Source: an uncultured Actinomycetes bacterium
Lineage (GTDB): Bacteria; Actinomycetota; UBA4738; HRBIN12
Length of the DNA stretch: 64,000 nt
Assembly (NCBI GenBank): GCA_963775735.1
Contig: CAVZKD010000007.1
Coordinates: forward strand, 1,799,088-1,863,087
Reading direction: 5' to 3'
Shown here: piece by piece, positions 18,170 to 27,163 of the stretch
Layout of the letters: the number at the start of each line of letters is the position of its first letter
Numbering within the stretch: the stretch's first letter is position 1
Position numbers and translations under genes: made by a program
Notes under the pieces: generated by a model
Told to the model about the DNA's origin: nothing
Databases searched by the model: none
Seen by the model: the letters and a program-made list of their open reading frames with translations, nothing else

Positions 18170-18310
18170 CGGTGCCTACCATCCACTCGCGACCGGGGAC
18201 ACTGGTTCGGGGCTCTCCCCTCGGCTCAAGGCACGGCCCGGCCGGACCGCAAGAGAAGCCGGGTCCGCCCCACCCGTGTCCCCGCGTCGCCCATCCATAC
18301 GGCCGAACGC
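18170..18310 (-). promoter_or_regulatory. Structured 141-nt leader; candidate ydaO-type (c-di-AMP) riboswitch
   Basis: On the minus strand a long-range helix forms: GCGAC-GC-GGGGACAC ... GUGUCCCC-G-GUCGC. It encloses the hairpins CGGACC..GGUCCG and GGGG-AGAG-CCCC. The blocks GCGGGGAC, GGGUG, UUGAGCCG and CCCGAACC occur in the same order as the conserved ydaO blocks as I remember them. The GTG start lies inside GUGCGGGCCCGCAC. Confidence 0.3.
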
Positions 18311-18607
18311 TCAGCCGGTCTTCGCGATGATCCGCTCGATCTCGCCCTGGTCGAACGCCCGAAGGCTCACCGTGCGCACGTTCCCCAAGGAGCCGAGCTC
18401 GAGCGCGAACGCGGTGAACGTCTCGGGATCGGGCGCCTCGATAACCACGACGATGTCGTACTCGCCGAGCGTCCAGTACTGCGCCTTGACGGTCGCGCCG
18501 TACTTCTTCGCCAGCTCGGCGACGGCGTCGGCGCGCTCGGGTGAGTTGCGGAAGTTCTTCACGCCCTGCTCGGTCCAGTTGAGCAGACCCACGAAGGTCG
18601 CGGACAT
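18311..18607 (-). CDS. GYD domain-containing protein
   Basis: 98-aa ORF, MSATFVGLLNWTEQGVKNF...WTLGEYDIVVVIEAPD. Preceded by GAGGAAGGAGGA. Confidence 0.8.
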   Translation of the reverse strand: MSATFVGLLNWTEQGVKNFRNSPERADAVAELAKKYGATVKAQYWTLGEYDIVVVIEAPDPETFTAFALELGSLGNVRTVSLRAFDQGEIERIIAKTG

Positions 18608-18711
18608 CCGTCCTCCTTCCTCGGACTGAGCAGCGCGTGCCCAGACGGTGAGCAGACCCTATGCGTCCCCCATCGGGACGCGCAACGTCGGGGCGCCGGC
18701 GCGAGATCCGT

Positions 18712-19668
18712 CTAGCCGGAGAACCCCGGGCCCAGACGCAGGACCGTCTCGATCTCCGACAACAGCGTCTCGTCGAGTTCGATGTCGCCGGCCGCCGCGT
18801 TGTCGCGGACGTGCGCCGGATCGCGGCTCCCCGCGATGGCGGCGGTCACATCCGGTTGGTGGAACGTCCATGCGAGCGCGAGCTGCGAGAGCGTGCACCC
18901 CAGTCGCTCGGCGATCGGTCGCAGGCCCTCGACCACGTCGAGCGCTGGACGCCGCACCTTCTGAGTGAACAGGGCGTCATACGCCTCTCCCCGGCTCCCG
19001 CGGAAGTCGCCCTTCGCGAACGTCGTATCCATGGTGATCGCCCCGGTGAGCAGTCCGTACGCGAGCGGCCCGTACGCGAGGACCCCGAGACCCTGTTCGC
19101 CGCACCAGCGGATCAGCTCCCGGTCCTCGAGCACGAGCATGGAGAACTCCTGTTGGAGCGAGTCCACGTGGCGGATCGCCAGGCAGCGCTCGATCAGTTC
19201 CTGGTCGAAGTTCGAGACGCCGATCGCGCGCGCGAGCCCCTGCTCGACGAGCAGGCCCATCGCGCCCCAGGTCTCCTCGACCGGGATGCCCGTCTCGTCG
19301 GGCCAATGCAGTTGATAGATGTCGATGTGATCGGTGTCCAGGCGCCCGAGGCTCTTCCTGCAGGCCGCGGCGACCTCCTCGGGGCGGAAGCCGCTCCCTG
19401 CGGGCCGCGGCGCGACCTTCGTCGCGATCCGGATGCGCTCGCGCCTGCCGGCCACGGCCTGCCCCACGAACTCCTCGGAGGTGCCGCGTCCGTAGACCTC
19501 CGCCGTGTCGATCCAGTCGACCCCGGTCTCGAAGACGGCGTCGATGGCCGCGCGGATCTGGTCGTCGGGTGGAGCCTCTCCCCATTCGGAGCCCTTGCCC
19601 GCCTCCCACGCCCCGAACCCCACGGCCGAGAGCTCGGGCCCGTCTCGCCCCAACCGCTGCGTCCTCAT
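18712..19668 (-). CDS. Aldo/keto reductase
   Basis: 318-aa ORF with GFGAWEAG, IDTAEVYG, and IGVSNF motifs. Confidence 0.85.
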   Translation of the reverse strand: MRTQRLGRDGPELSAVGFGAWEAGKGSEWGEAPPDDQIRAAIDAVFETGVDWIDTAEVYGRGTSEEFVGQAVAGRRERIRIATKVAPRPAGSGFRPEEVAAACRKSLGRLDTDHIDIYQLHWPDETGIPVEETWGAMGLLVEQGLARAIGVSNFDQELIERCLAIRHVDSLQQEFSMLVLEDRELIRWCGEQGLGVLAYGPLAYGLLTGAITMDTTFAKGDFRGSRGEAYDALFTQKVRRPALDVVEGLRPIAERLGCTLSQLALAWTFHQPDVTAAIAGSRDPAHVRDNAAAGDIELDETLLSEIETVLRLGPGFSG

Positions 19669-19806
19669 GAACGGACGCTAACAAGGAACGGAGCGGGCGG
19701 TTCGCGATCGATCGGGCGTGAGAAGTTCATCACTATCAGCCATTCGGCCGATAGGAGCGGACGTTCGGCCGATGTCGATGTCCCCCGGACGCCTTACGGT
19801 AACGGC

Positions 19807-19977
19807 ATGGCGGTCTTCCCGGTCAAGCAGGTGATGCAGCGGCGACAGCTCGAGCCGCTCCGGATCTTCTGCTCACGATGCGACCATTCCGAGTTCATCC
19901 ACGGCGACTTCGACGCTCGCCGGTGCCTGTACACCGAGTGCGCCTGTAGCGGGTTCACCCTGATCGCCCTGGACTAG
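19807..19977 (+). CDS. Small Cys-rich hypothetical protein (weak call)
   Basis: 56 aa, MAVFPVKQVMQRRQLEPLRIFCSRCDHSEFIHGDFDARRCLYTECACSGFTLIALD. It is the tail of a long artefactual ORF. No clear SD. Confidence 0.3.
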   Translation: MAVFPVKQVMQRRQLEPLRIFCSRCDHSEFIHGDFDARRCLYTECACSGFTLIALD

Positions 19978-20509
19978 ACGCTCGTCGCATCTCGTACCGA
20001 ACGACGAACCGCTTCCGGTCGCGCTCGATCCGCTCGACCAGGTGCATCCCGACCTTCTCGGCGACCCGGATCGAGGGAACGTTCTCCGAGCTCGCGTACG
20101 CCCGCACGACCTCGGCGCCCAGCGTCACCAAGACGTACGCGACGAGCGCCCCCACCGCCTCGGTCGCATACCCGCGTCCCTGGAACACGGGCGCGATCGT
20201 GTATCCGATCTTGACCACGCCCTCCTCGCCCTCGGCGAGGCTGAGCCCGACGTCCCCGACCAGCCGCCCACCCTCCCGTTCCTCGACCGAGAACTGGACC
20301 CACCCACCGGGCTCGCCCGGCGCCCGGGCGGTCATCGCCTCGATCTGCTCTCCGATCCCCTCCGGATCGAGCCGGTCCCAGCCCTGATACCGGTGCACGT
20401 CCGGGTCGCTCCGGTACGCGGAGATCGACGAGGCGTCCTCGGGCGTCGATCGGCGAAGCCGCAACCGCTCCGTGACGAGCGGCTCGAAGTGGCTGTCGAC
20501 GCGCACCAC
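19955..20509 (-). CDS. GNAT family N-acetyltransferase (RimJ/RimL-like)
   Basis: 184-aa ORF with TERLRLRR.. and IAPVFQGRGYATEA. Confidence 0.8.
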   Translation of the reverse strand: MVRVDSHFEPLVTERLRLRRSTPEDASSISAYRSDPDVHRYQGWDRLDPEGIGEQIEAMTARAPGEPGGWVQFSVEEREGGRLVGDVGLSLAEGEEGVVKIGYTIAPVFQGRGYATEAVGALVAYVLVTLGAEVVRAYASSENVPSIRVAEKVGMHLVERIERDRKRFVVRYEMRRASSPGRSG

Positions 20510-20534
20510 GGCGCCAGGCTACCGGCGCCGTGCC

Positions 20535-22415
20535 TCAGCCGTGCACGACGAACCGGTCGACCGACACGAACGTCCCGTCGGCCGCCGGCCGGCCGGCACC
20601 GAGGACGACGATCCGCACCGTGTGGACGCCGTCGATGAGCCCGCCCACCGGCCGTGTCACTCCGAACGCCGGGTTCGCCGCGTAGTTGTCGACCGTTCGC
20701 ACGAGCACGCCATCGACGTAGATCTCGGCCCGTCCCTGTCGGGGGTCGCGCACCGTGTACCAGTCGACCCCGGTCCCGCGGAACGTGAACGTCACGCTCG
20801 CCCGCGCGAGGTCGCTCGTGGCGAGGCTCCCGCCCGATGCCTGCTGCGCGTCGACGCCGGCCCACGACAGCTCGAGCTCGGGGCCGGCGACCACGCCGCC
20901 CGCCGCCGCGAACGCGTCCACCGCCACCTGGGTGTCCGTCGCGTTCGACGACCCCCTGCCGAGCACGCGGACGGTGATGGTGTGCGGGCCGGGCCCGAGT
21001 CCCGTGAACCGGTGGGCGACGTCGAACCTGAGACGGTTCCCGTACTGGTCGAACGTGCCCCGTCCGACGCCGTCGATCGCGATCGCAGCGCGACCCATCG
21101 CGGGACCGACCGTCGTGTACCAGGTGACCGAGCCGCCGGTGAACGCGAACGTCGCCGTCGCGCTTCTCGAGCGCTCGACCGCGTAGGACCCCCCGCGGGC
21201 ACGAGGGCTCTGCACGGTCCGCCATGCGTAGGAGGTGGCGTCGCTCGTCTCCTCCACGTCGGTCGGAGCGGCGAAGGGCACCACGGTCTCGGGTGCCGCA
21301 TTGCCGCTGCGATCGACGACCGGCACCGGGATGCCGAACGGGTTCACGACCGCCTCGTACCCCTCGCCCGGGACGAGCGGCGCGAGCGGCTGCACGTCGA
21401 CACGGCGGACGTTCCCGGTCGCGCAGTCGACCTCGGCGCCCGGACCCGACCGGCAAGTCGTCGAGGCCTCGACGGCGATCCCGGTCTCGGCCACCCGGAT
21501 CAGGACGTTGCTCGCGTCGATCCGCCGCACGACCTCGTTGAACGACACCGTCATCGGGTCGGACACGCCGGCCGGCAGCGTCAGGTTCGCGACCGGCGCG
21601 GTGACGTCGGGGCTCGGGATCGTGACGGGACCGAAGTCGTCGCTCTCGTACCAATCGAGGTCGACACGTCCCTCGATCCCCGGCACCGAGCCTTGGCTCG
21701 TGAACTGCCAGAACGTCCAGCCGTGCCCCGCCCAGTCGTCCGCCGGGAGCCGCGGCTCTTCGACGCCCCAATGCGCGACCCAGAGCACCGTGTAGCCGGC
21801 CTCGGCGACCGCCGTCGTGTCACCCGTCCGCGTCGCCCACCCGCTCGGGCTCGTGTAGATCATCGGTCGCACGCCGAGGCGTTCGGTGACCCGCCCGAGC
21901 CAGGTCAGGATCCACTTGGTCACCCCGGCATGCGAGAGCCCCCCGGTGCGCTCGATGTCCAGGACCGGGATCAGGTTGCCGGGGGTCAGCTGCGCCGTGG
22001 TGACGAAATGGTCGGCCTCGCGCACCGCGTCGTTCGCCGAATCGTCGGGTCTGGCAAAGTGGTAGGCGCCGAACACGAGCCCGGCGGCCTGCGCGTTGAA
22101 CTTGTTGATCGCGTACAGCGGGTCGACGAAGCTCCGTCCTTCGGTCGCCTTCGCGAACACGAAGCGATGCCCGGCGGCCGCGACGTCCGGCCAGTCGATC
22201 GTGTCCTGGTGATGCGAGACGTCGATCCCGGGCACGGCCCCTGGAGGCTGTCCCAACGCGGCCGAGAAGGCCGGGGCCCGGGCGTGACCGGCGATCGCCG
22301 CGGCACCGGCGGTGATCCCCTCGGCGACCGGAGCGGAGATCGAGGCCGACAGCACGACGGCGGCGAGCAGCGTGGAGAGCGCCATCACCCAGTTCGAACG
22401 CCTGAACGCGGTCAC
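20535..22415 (-). CDS. Secreted GH25 muramidase with large C-terminal beta-rich (carbohydrate-binding-like) repeats
   Basis: 626-aa ORF with a signal peptide. GIDVSHHQDTIDWPDVAAAGHRFVFAKATEG and FGAYHFARP are GH25 signatures. The C-terminal half shows two similar segments of about 110 aa. Confidence 0.8.
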   Translation of the reverse strand: MTAFRRSNWVMALSTLLAAVVLSASISAPVAEGITAGAAAIAGHARAPAFSAALGQPPGAVPGIDVSHHQDTIDWPDVAAAGHRFVFAKATEGRSFVDPLYAINKFNAQAAGLVFGAYHFARPDDSANDAVREADHFVTTAQLTPGNLIPVLDIERTGGLSHAGVTKWILTWLGRVTERLGVRPMIYTSPSGWATRTGDTTAVAEAGYTVLWVAHWGVEEPRLPADDWAGHGWTFWQFTSQGSVPGIEGRVDLDWYESDDFGPVTIPSPDVTAPVANLTLPAGVSDPMTVSFNEVVRRIDASNVLIRVAETGIAVEASTTCRSGPGAEVDCATGNVRRVDVQPLAPLVPGEGYEAVVNPFGIPVPVVDRSGNAAPETVVPFAAPTDVEETSDATSYAWRTVQSPRARGGSYAVERSRSATATFAFTGGSVTWYTTVGPAMGRAAIAIDGVGRGTFDQYGNRLRFDVAHRFTGLGPGPHTITVRVLGRGSSNATDTQVAVDAFAAAGGVVAGPELELSWAGVDAQQASGGSLATSDLARASVTFTFRGTGVDWYTVRDPRQGRAEIYVDGVLVRTVDNYAANPAFGVTRPVGGLIDGVHTVRIVVLGAGRPAADGTFVSVDRFVVHG

Positions 22416-22482
22416 GGTTCCGTCCGTCGTCCTCCCTAGCTCGCGGGCAGTACGGCTCGCCGTGGGCGGGCGGCGATCCAGC

Positions 22483-23367
22483 TCAGCCCCCCCGGAGCAC
22501 CGATCGGGTCAGGCACGTCGGCCCGCCCTCGCCCTTGTGCGAGATCTCGGAACCGTCGTAGACGTGCACCTCCACCCCGACGCGCTCCATGCGTCGCCTG
22601 GTCTCCGGGTTGCCCTCGACCGCGACGGCCACGCGCGGGGCGAGCGCGAGGACGTTGGGGCCCATGCCCGCGAACTCCTGGTCCGGCACCGGCACGATCT
22701 CGATGCCGCGCTCGGCGAGCAGCTCCATGAGGCGGACCGGCAGGAGCGGGACGAACGCGACGACGAGATCGCGGTCGAGCGGCGAGAGCAGCGACATGAG
22801 ATGCAGACAGGTCGAGGGTCCGTCTCGATGCGGGAGGTCGAAGGCGAGCACGTCGACGGCGGGCATCGCGGCGCGGAGCGCCGCGATGCCCGCCTCGTTC
22901 GTTCGATAGCTGCGCCCGACGAGCAGCGTCTGCTCGTCGAGCCACATCGTGTCGCCGCCCTCGGCCGTGGCAGGCTCCCGCATCTCGGAGGCGACCGGTA
23001 CACCGAGCGTCCGCATCTCGGCGGCGATCGCCGCGGGCTCGACGCGGCGCCCCGGCTTCCCCGGGCGGAGCACGATCGCCCCGGCATCCGACATGATCGC
23101 CGGGTCGCACGTGTAGAGGGCGTCTGGGTCGCCCGGCAGGAGCTCCTGCGCGCACAAGACCTCGGCGCCGGCGGCCTGGAGGATCTCGCGCAGCCGCTCG
23201 TGCTGGCGCGCCGCGATCACGACGTCCGGCTCGCCGAGCCAGCCGAACTCGCGCCACCGGGAGAGGTCGGTTCGCTCGGGCGTACGGACGAGGACCCGAC
23301 GCAGCGGCTCGACCAGGGTCTGCCCGCCGTAGGCCTGCGAGGCGGTGGCGGAGCCGGTGGGAGGCAC
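22483..23367 (-). CDS. Amidinotransferase-fold enzyme (dimethylarginine dimethylaminohydrolase / arginine deiminase-like)
   Basis: C-terminal 294 aa of ORF 22483..23673 from GTG 23367. Ends with the GGPTCLTRSVL catalytic-Cys motif typical of this superfamily. Confidence 0.7.
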   Translation of the reverse strand: MPPTGSATASQAYGGQTLVEPLRRVLVRTPERTDLSRWREFGWLGEPDVVIAARQHERLREILQAAGAEVLCAQELLPGDPDALYTCDPAIMSDAGAIVLRPGKPGRRVEPAAIAAEMRTLGVPVASEMREPATAEGGDTMWLDEQTLLVGRSYRTNEAGIAALRAAMPAVDVLAFDLPHRDGPSTCLHLMSLLSPLDRDLVVAFVPLLPVRLMELLAERGIEIVPVPDQEFAGMGPNVLALAPRVAVAVEGNPETRRRMERVGVEVHVYDGSEISHKGEGGPTCLTRSVLRGG

Positions 23368-23385
23368 CCGGGTAGGGTAGTTGCC

Positions 23386-23850
23386 GTGGCGAAGCTCGCG
23401 CCCGGAGATCCGGCACCCGCGTTCTCCCTGCTGGACCAGCACGGGAACACCGTTCGGCTCGGGGACTTCGACGGCCGGGTCCTCGTCTACTTCTACCCCG
23501 AGGCCGATACGCCGGGTTGCACCCGGCAGTCGTGTTCCCTGCGGGACCACCGACAGGATCTCGCCGGCATCGGGCTGGACGTGGTCGGGATCTCGCCCGA
23601 CCTTCCCGACAAGCAGCTCGCGTTCGATCGGAAGTACGAGCTCGGGTTCCCGTTGCTGTCCGACCCCGACCATTCCGTCGCCGATGCCTACGGCGCCTGG
23701 GGCGAGAAGACCAGGGAGGGCGGCGAGACCTCTGTCGGCCTCATCCGATCATCGTTCCTCGTCGGGCCCGACGGCCGGATCGAGCAGGCCTGGTCACCGG
23801 TCACGCCGGAGGACACGGTACCGAGGGCCCTCGCCGCGGTCGGCGCCTAA
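23386..23850 (+). CDS. bcp: Peroxiredoxin, Bcp type
   Basis: 154 aa from GTG 23386 with VLVYFYPEADTPGCTRQSC. Divergent from the previous gene with only 18 bp between starts. Confidence 0.85.
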   Translation: MAKLAPGDPAPAFSLLDQHGNTVRLGDFDGRVLVYFYPEADTPGCTRQSCSLRDHRQDLAGIGLDVVGISPDLPDKQLAFDRKYELGFPLLSDPDHSVADAYGAWGEKTREGGETSVGLIRSSFLVGPDGRIEQAWSPVTPEDTVPRALAAVGA

Positions 23851-24191
23851 ACGCTCTGCGCGTCCTTGAGCGAGTCCTGCGAGGAGACGAAGACGATCAA
23901 GTCGTCGTCGACGAGCCCCGTCCGCTCCAACGACCTCGTGGCTTCGCGATCGGGCAGGTACAGCACGACCATCCGCTGTCCTCGCCCGTTCATCTGCTCC
24001 GCGACGCTCTTGATCGCACCGCACCCCTCGTCGGTGACCTCCTCGACCTCACGCAGGTCGACGGTGGCATCGAGATGGGCGGGGTCGGCAAGCCGGGTTC
24101 GCAGCCGATCCTCGTCCTCCTCGGTGAGCCGACCCCACGCGATGACGTAGGGACGCGTGTCGGGGCGCCCGATCCGCTGGATGACCGCCAT
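23847..24191 (-). CDS. STAS-like (anti-sigma-antagonist-fold) small protein, tentative
   Basis: 114 aa from ATG 24191 (AAGGA 9 nt upstream). Reads MAVIQRIGRPDTRPYVIAWGRLTEEDEDRL...VDLREVEEVTDEGCGAI...ATRSLERTGLVD. Confidence 0.45.
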   Translation of the reverse strand: MAVIQRIGRPDTRPYVIAWGRLTEEDEDRLRTRLADPAHLDATVDLREVEEVTDEGCGAIKSVAEQMNGRGQRMVVLYLPDREATRSLERTGLVDDDLIVFVSSQDSLKDAQSV

Positions 24192-24332
24192 CGCCCGCAT
24201 CCTTGCACGCCCGGGCCCGGGGCGCAGTCGGGAGGTCGGGGGAACGGCAGGACGGGAGCATCCGAAGCCGAAGGTGCGAGGAGCGGGCGGCCACGAGGGA
24301 TGGGGCGATGCCGCACGACGCGTAGCCACGCA

Positions 24333-24518
24333 TCAGCGACGACGTGGCACCGCGGCGGGTCGCTCCTCGCGGACGTGCTTCCGACGTTGGGAGCGGATCA
24401 CCTGGATGAGCTCGCAGTGGTCGCAGAGTCCCGTGCCGACGTTGGTCGTGAGCCCGCCGCACCGAGCGCACCCGTACGAGAGCGTTTTCACCGGTTCGAT
24501 CGCGGGTCGCCGATGCAC
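24333..24518 (-). CDS. Small zinc-ribbon protein, hypothetical
   Basis: 61-aa ORF with CARC...CDHC and a basic tail. GC3-rich. Confidence 0.4.
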   Translation of the reverse strand: MHRRPAIEPVKTLSYGCARCGGLTTNVGTGLCDHCELIQVIRSQRRKHVREERPAAVPRRR

Positions 24519-24594
24519 TCACCCATACTCCCCACACCGTAGGGCGACCAGCCGATGGCGGGAATAGGTCGGAAGTCGGTTCCTATCCCTGTCG

Positions 24595-25290
24595 ATGACG
24601 ACCCGCATGGTTCCGGCGTTCCTCCCGAGTACGTCGGGGTTCCGGTTCGCGAACGCGTTCCCGAACGTCCCGGTCCGCCGGATCGGGATCCCGGGCGTGA
24701 TCAGCGTTCCCATCGGCGACGCGTCGAACGGGCTGTGCGGGGGCATGGCCTTCGCGGCCCGCGACTACTTCGAAGCGGGCCGGTCCCCACCCGAGGTCGA
24801 GGAGCCGCCGGGCGAAGGCGAACTGTTCGACTACCTGGTCGACCGCTTGTTCGACAGCTTCGACCTGCCGGTCGGGCCCGTTCGCTACCTGGAGCTCATG
24901 CACCCGTTGCTCCCCGACGGCGAGACCTTCTGGAGCCGGCTCGGGATCGGACCGCACGGGCGCGCGCATCGCATGCTGAAGCAGGAGTGGCCGAAGGTAC
25001 GCGAGGACATCCACGCGGGGCACCCCTCGGCCCTCGGCCTCATCCGCGTGAGATCGACCGACCCGTTCGAACTCAAGCGGAACCACCAGGTCCTCGCCTA
25101 CGGGTACGACCTCCTGGGAACCCACCTGACGCTGCGCCTGTACGACCCGAACCACCCGCGTTCGGACGACGTCACGCTCTCGCTCAGCCTCGCCGACCCC
25201 TCGGAGCCCACGACCATCATCACATCTCCCGCCGGGCCGGCGGTCTTCGCGTTCTTCCGCGTGCCCTACGGATCGGCGACACCGCCGTAG
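24595..25290 (+). CDS. Cytosolic papain-fold cysteine peptidase-like protein (C39-like layout)
   Basis: 231-aa ORF. ASNGLCGGMAFAARDYF (Cys), NHQVLAYGYD (His) and RLYDPNHP (Asp) occur in C39-like order. No signal peptide and no TM helix. Confidence 0.5.
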   Translation: MTTRMVPAFLPSTSGFRFANAFPNVPVRRIGIPGVISVPIGDASNGLCGGMAFAARDYFEAGRSPPEVEEPPGEGELFDYLVDRLFDSFDLPVGPVRYLELMHPLLPDGETFWSRLGIGPHGRAHRMLKQEWPKVREDIHAGHPSALGLIRVRSTDPFELKRNHQVLAYGYDLLGTHLTLRLYDPNHPRSDDVTLSLSLADPSEPTTIITSPAGPAVFAFFRVPYGSATPP

Positions 25291-25390
25291 CCCGAACGGG
25301 CGTCTCACCGCGTAGCCCGAACGCCCCTCCCGTCGCCGGACGCGGCGGTGCATCCTTCGAGTCCGGCAACGGCGATGTCCATCGAGAGGG

Positions 25391-26023
25391 GTGGCCGTGG
25401 CATCGACGCCGACACGCAGGGCGAGGGATCCCGCGCCGACGTTCGTGTGGGACGACCAGATCGAGCATCTCTACGAGTCGTGGCATCGGCGCGTCGCCGC
25501 TGCCGAGCACGGACATCGACTGATGGCGGACCGACTGCGGCGACGACATCTGCTGATCGGGATCCCGGTCGTCGTGCTCACGACGCTCGTCGGCACGAGC
25601 GCCTTCGCCTCGATGCAGAACTCTCGGTCCGACTCGATCACGACCTCCGGGGTGGACTCGAACACGATCCTGCTCATCGTCGGCTTGATCAGCGTGCTCG
25701 CCGCCGTCCTGTCGAGCCTCCAGACCTTCCTGCGCTACGCGACGCGGGGCGAGGGACATCGCATCGCGGCGCTGCGCTACGAATCGCTCCGCCGCGAGAT
25801 GGCCAAGACGCTGGCGATCCCGCGCGAGGTCCGAGGTGCTCCCGATCGCGACCTGGACGACGCCCGCCAGAAGATGGACCGGTACGCGAAGGAGTCGCCG
25901 GCGATCGGCGAGCGACAGTGGGGCAAGCTCACGTCGAAGTTCCACCTGTCGACGGTTCCGCCGGATCCCGGATGGCACGGCGAACGGGTGGTCATCCCGG
26001 AGGAGGTCGCCGATCGACGCTGA
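25391..26023 (+). CDS. SLATT-like two-transmembrane protein
   Basis: 210-aa ORF. A long N-terminal helix (YESWHRRVAAAEHGHRLMADRLRRRH) is followed by TM1 LLIGIPVVVLTTLVGTSAFA, TM2 ILLIVGLISVLAAVLSSL, and then RYATRGEGHRIAALRYESLRREM. This layout matches SLATT effectors. Confidence 0.55.
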   Translation: MAVASTPTRRARDPAPTFVWDDQIEHLYESWHRRVAAAEHGHRLMADRLRRRHLLIGIPVVVLTTLVGTSAFASMQNSRSDSITTSGVDSNTILLIVGLISVLAAVLSSLQTFLRYATRGEGHRIAALRYESLRREMAKTLAIPREVRGAPDRDLDDARQKMDRYAKESPAIGERQWGKLTSKFHLSTVPPDPGWHGERVVIPEEVADRR

Positions 26024-27161
26024 CCTCGTCCTCGAGGGCGGCGGCGTCAAGGGCATCGGGCTCGCCGGCGCGTACACGACGTTGCACGAAGCCGGGTACA
26101 CCTTCCACCGGATCGCCGGGACCTCGGCCGGTGCGATCGTGGGCGCGCTCATCGCCGCCGGCATGTCCCCGGACGAACTGCAACGCGAGATGCGCGAGAT
26201 CGACTACGGCCGCTTCGAGGACAAGGGGTTCCTCGACCACCTGACGCTCGTCGGCAAGGGATTGTCGTTGCTGTTCGAGAAGGGGATCTACGAGGGCAGG
26301 TACCTGCGGACGTGGCTCGACGAGCGGCTCGCGTCGCTCGGCGTCCGGACCTTCGGCGACCTCCGGCTCGAGGACCCGGGCGGGTCGCTCCCGGTCGAAC
26401 GGGCGTACCGACTCGTCGTGATGACATCGGACGTGACGAGGGCGCGACTGATCCGGCTCCCCTGGGACTACCCGCAGTACGGTCTCGACCCCGACGAGCA
26501 GCTCGTCGCCGACGCCGTCCGGACATCGATGTCGATCCCCTTCTTCTACGAGCCGGTCCGGTTCACCGGCCGCGATGCCGAGGGCAAGCAGGCCGTCTCG
26601 TTCATGGTGGACGGCGGGATGCTGTCGAACTTCCCCGTCGATGTCTTCGACCGCACGGACGGCAAAGCGCCGCGGTGGCCGACCTTCGGGATCAAGCTGT
26701 CGGCGCGACCCGATGCGGCGCAGCGCCAGAAGTACGAGGTGCACGGGACGTTCAGCCTGGCCCGGGCCATGGTCGGGACGATGACGAGCTTCCACGACCA
26801 GATCCACATCGACGAGCCCTCGACGCTCGCCCGGACGATGTTCGTCGACACGATGGGCGTCCGGGCCACCGACTTCGAGATCGACGAGGGGATGCAGGAC
26901 ATGCTGTTCAGCAGCGGCAGGCGGGCGGCGACCGAGTTCCTGCGTGGATGGGACTTCGATCGGTACCTCGCCGAGTTCCGCAGCGACGCGGTCGTCGACC
27001 TCCGGGAGCCTGTGGGGGTCGCGAGCGGCTCGCCCGCTGAGGGGGACACCGGCGTGGCGTCGGGCCCGGGGGCTTGGGACCTGGAGGACTTCGACCTGGA
27101 CGCCTACGAGGCGCCGCCGCCGGAGCTCGAGGACGAAGAGCCCGCCGAGGCGAAGGGTTAG
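26013..27161 (+). CDS. Patatin-like phospholipase (5' end unresolved; possibly fused to the SLATT-like ORF)
   Basis: GGGVKG oxyanion motif, GTSAG nucleophile elbow and VDGGMLSNFP catalytic Asp, with an acidic tail. No in-frame ATG, GTG or TTG occurs between 25836 and the conserved N-terminus IDADLVLEGGG. The SLATT frame is the GC3-rich one up to 26021 and sits one base behind the patatin frame. Confidence 0.8.
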   Translation: MDADLVLEGGGVKGIGLAGAYTTLHEAGYTFHRIAGTSAGAIVGALIAAGMSPDELQREMREIDYGRFEDKGFLDHLTLVGKGLSLLFEKGIYEGRYLRTWLDERLASLGVRTFGDLRLEDPGGSLPVERAYRLVVMTSDVTRARLIRLPWDYPQYGLDPDEQLVADAVRTSMSIPFFYEPVRFTGRDAEGKQAVSFMVDGGMLSNFPVDVFDRTDGKAPRWPTFGIKLSARPDAAQRQKYEVHGTFSLARAMVGTMTSFHDQIHIDEPSTLARTMFVDTMGVRATDFEIDEGMQDMLFSSGRRAATEFLRGWDFDRYLAEFRSDAVVDLREPVGVASGSPAEGDTGVASGPGAWDLEDFDLDAYEAPPPELEDEEPAEAKG

Positions 27162-27163
27162 CG

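Noticed and set aside
19743-19773. Two TTCGGCCGAT direct repeats 21 bp apart, upstream of the small Cys-rich ORF.
   Set aside because: Short GC-rich 10-mers recur by chance in this composition. No palindrome or adjacent regulator supports an operator call.
24519-24746. 75-aa minus-strand ORF overlapping the start of the papain-fold peptidase gene.
   Set aside because: It lies antisense to a better-supported GC3-rich frame and has no motifs.
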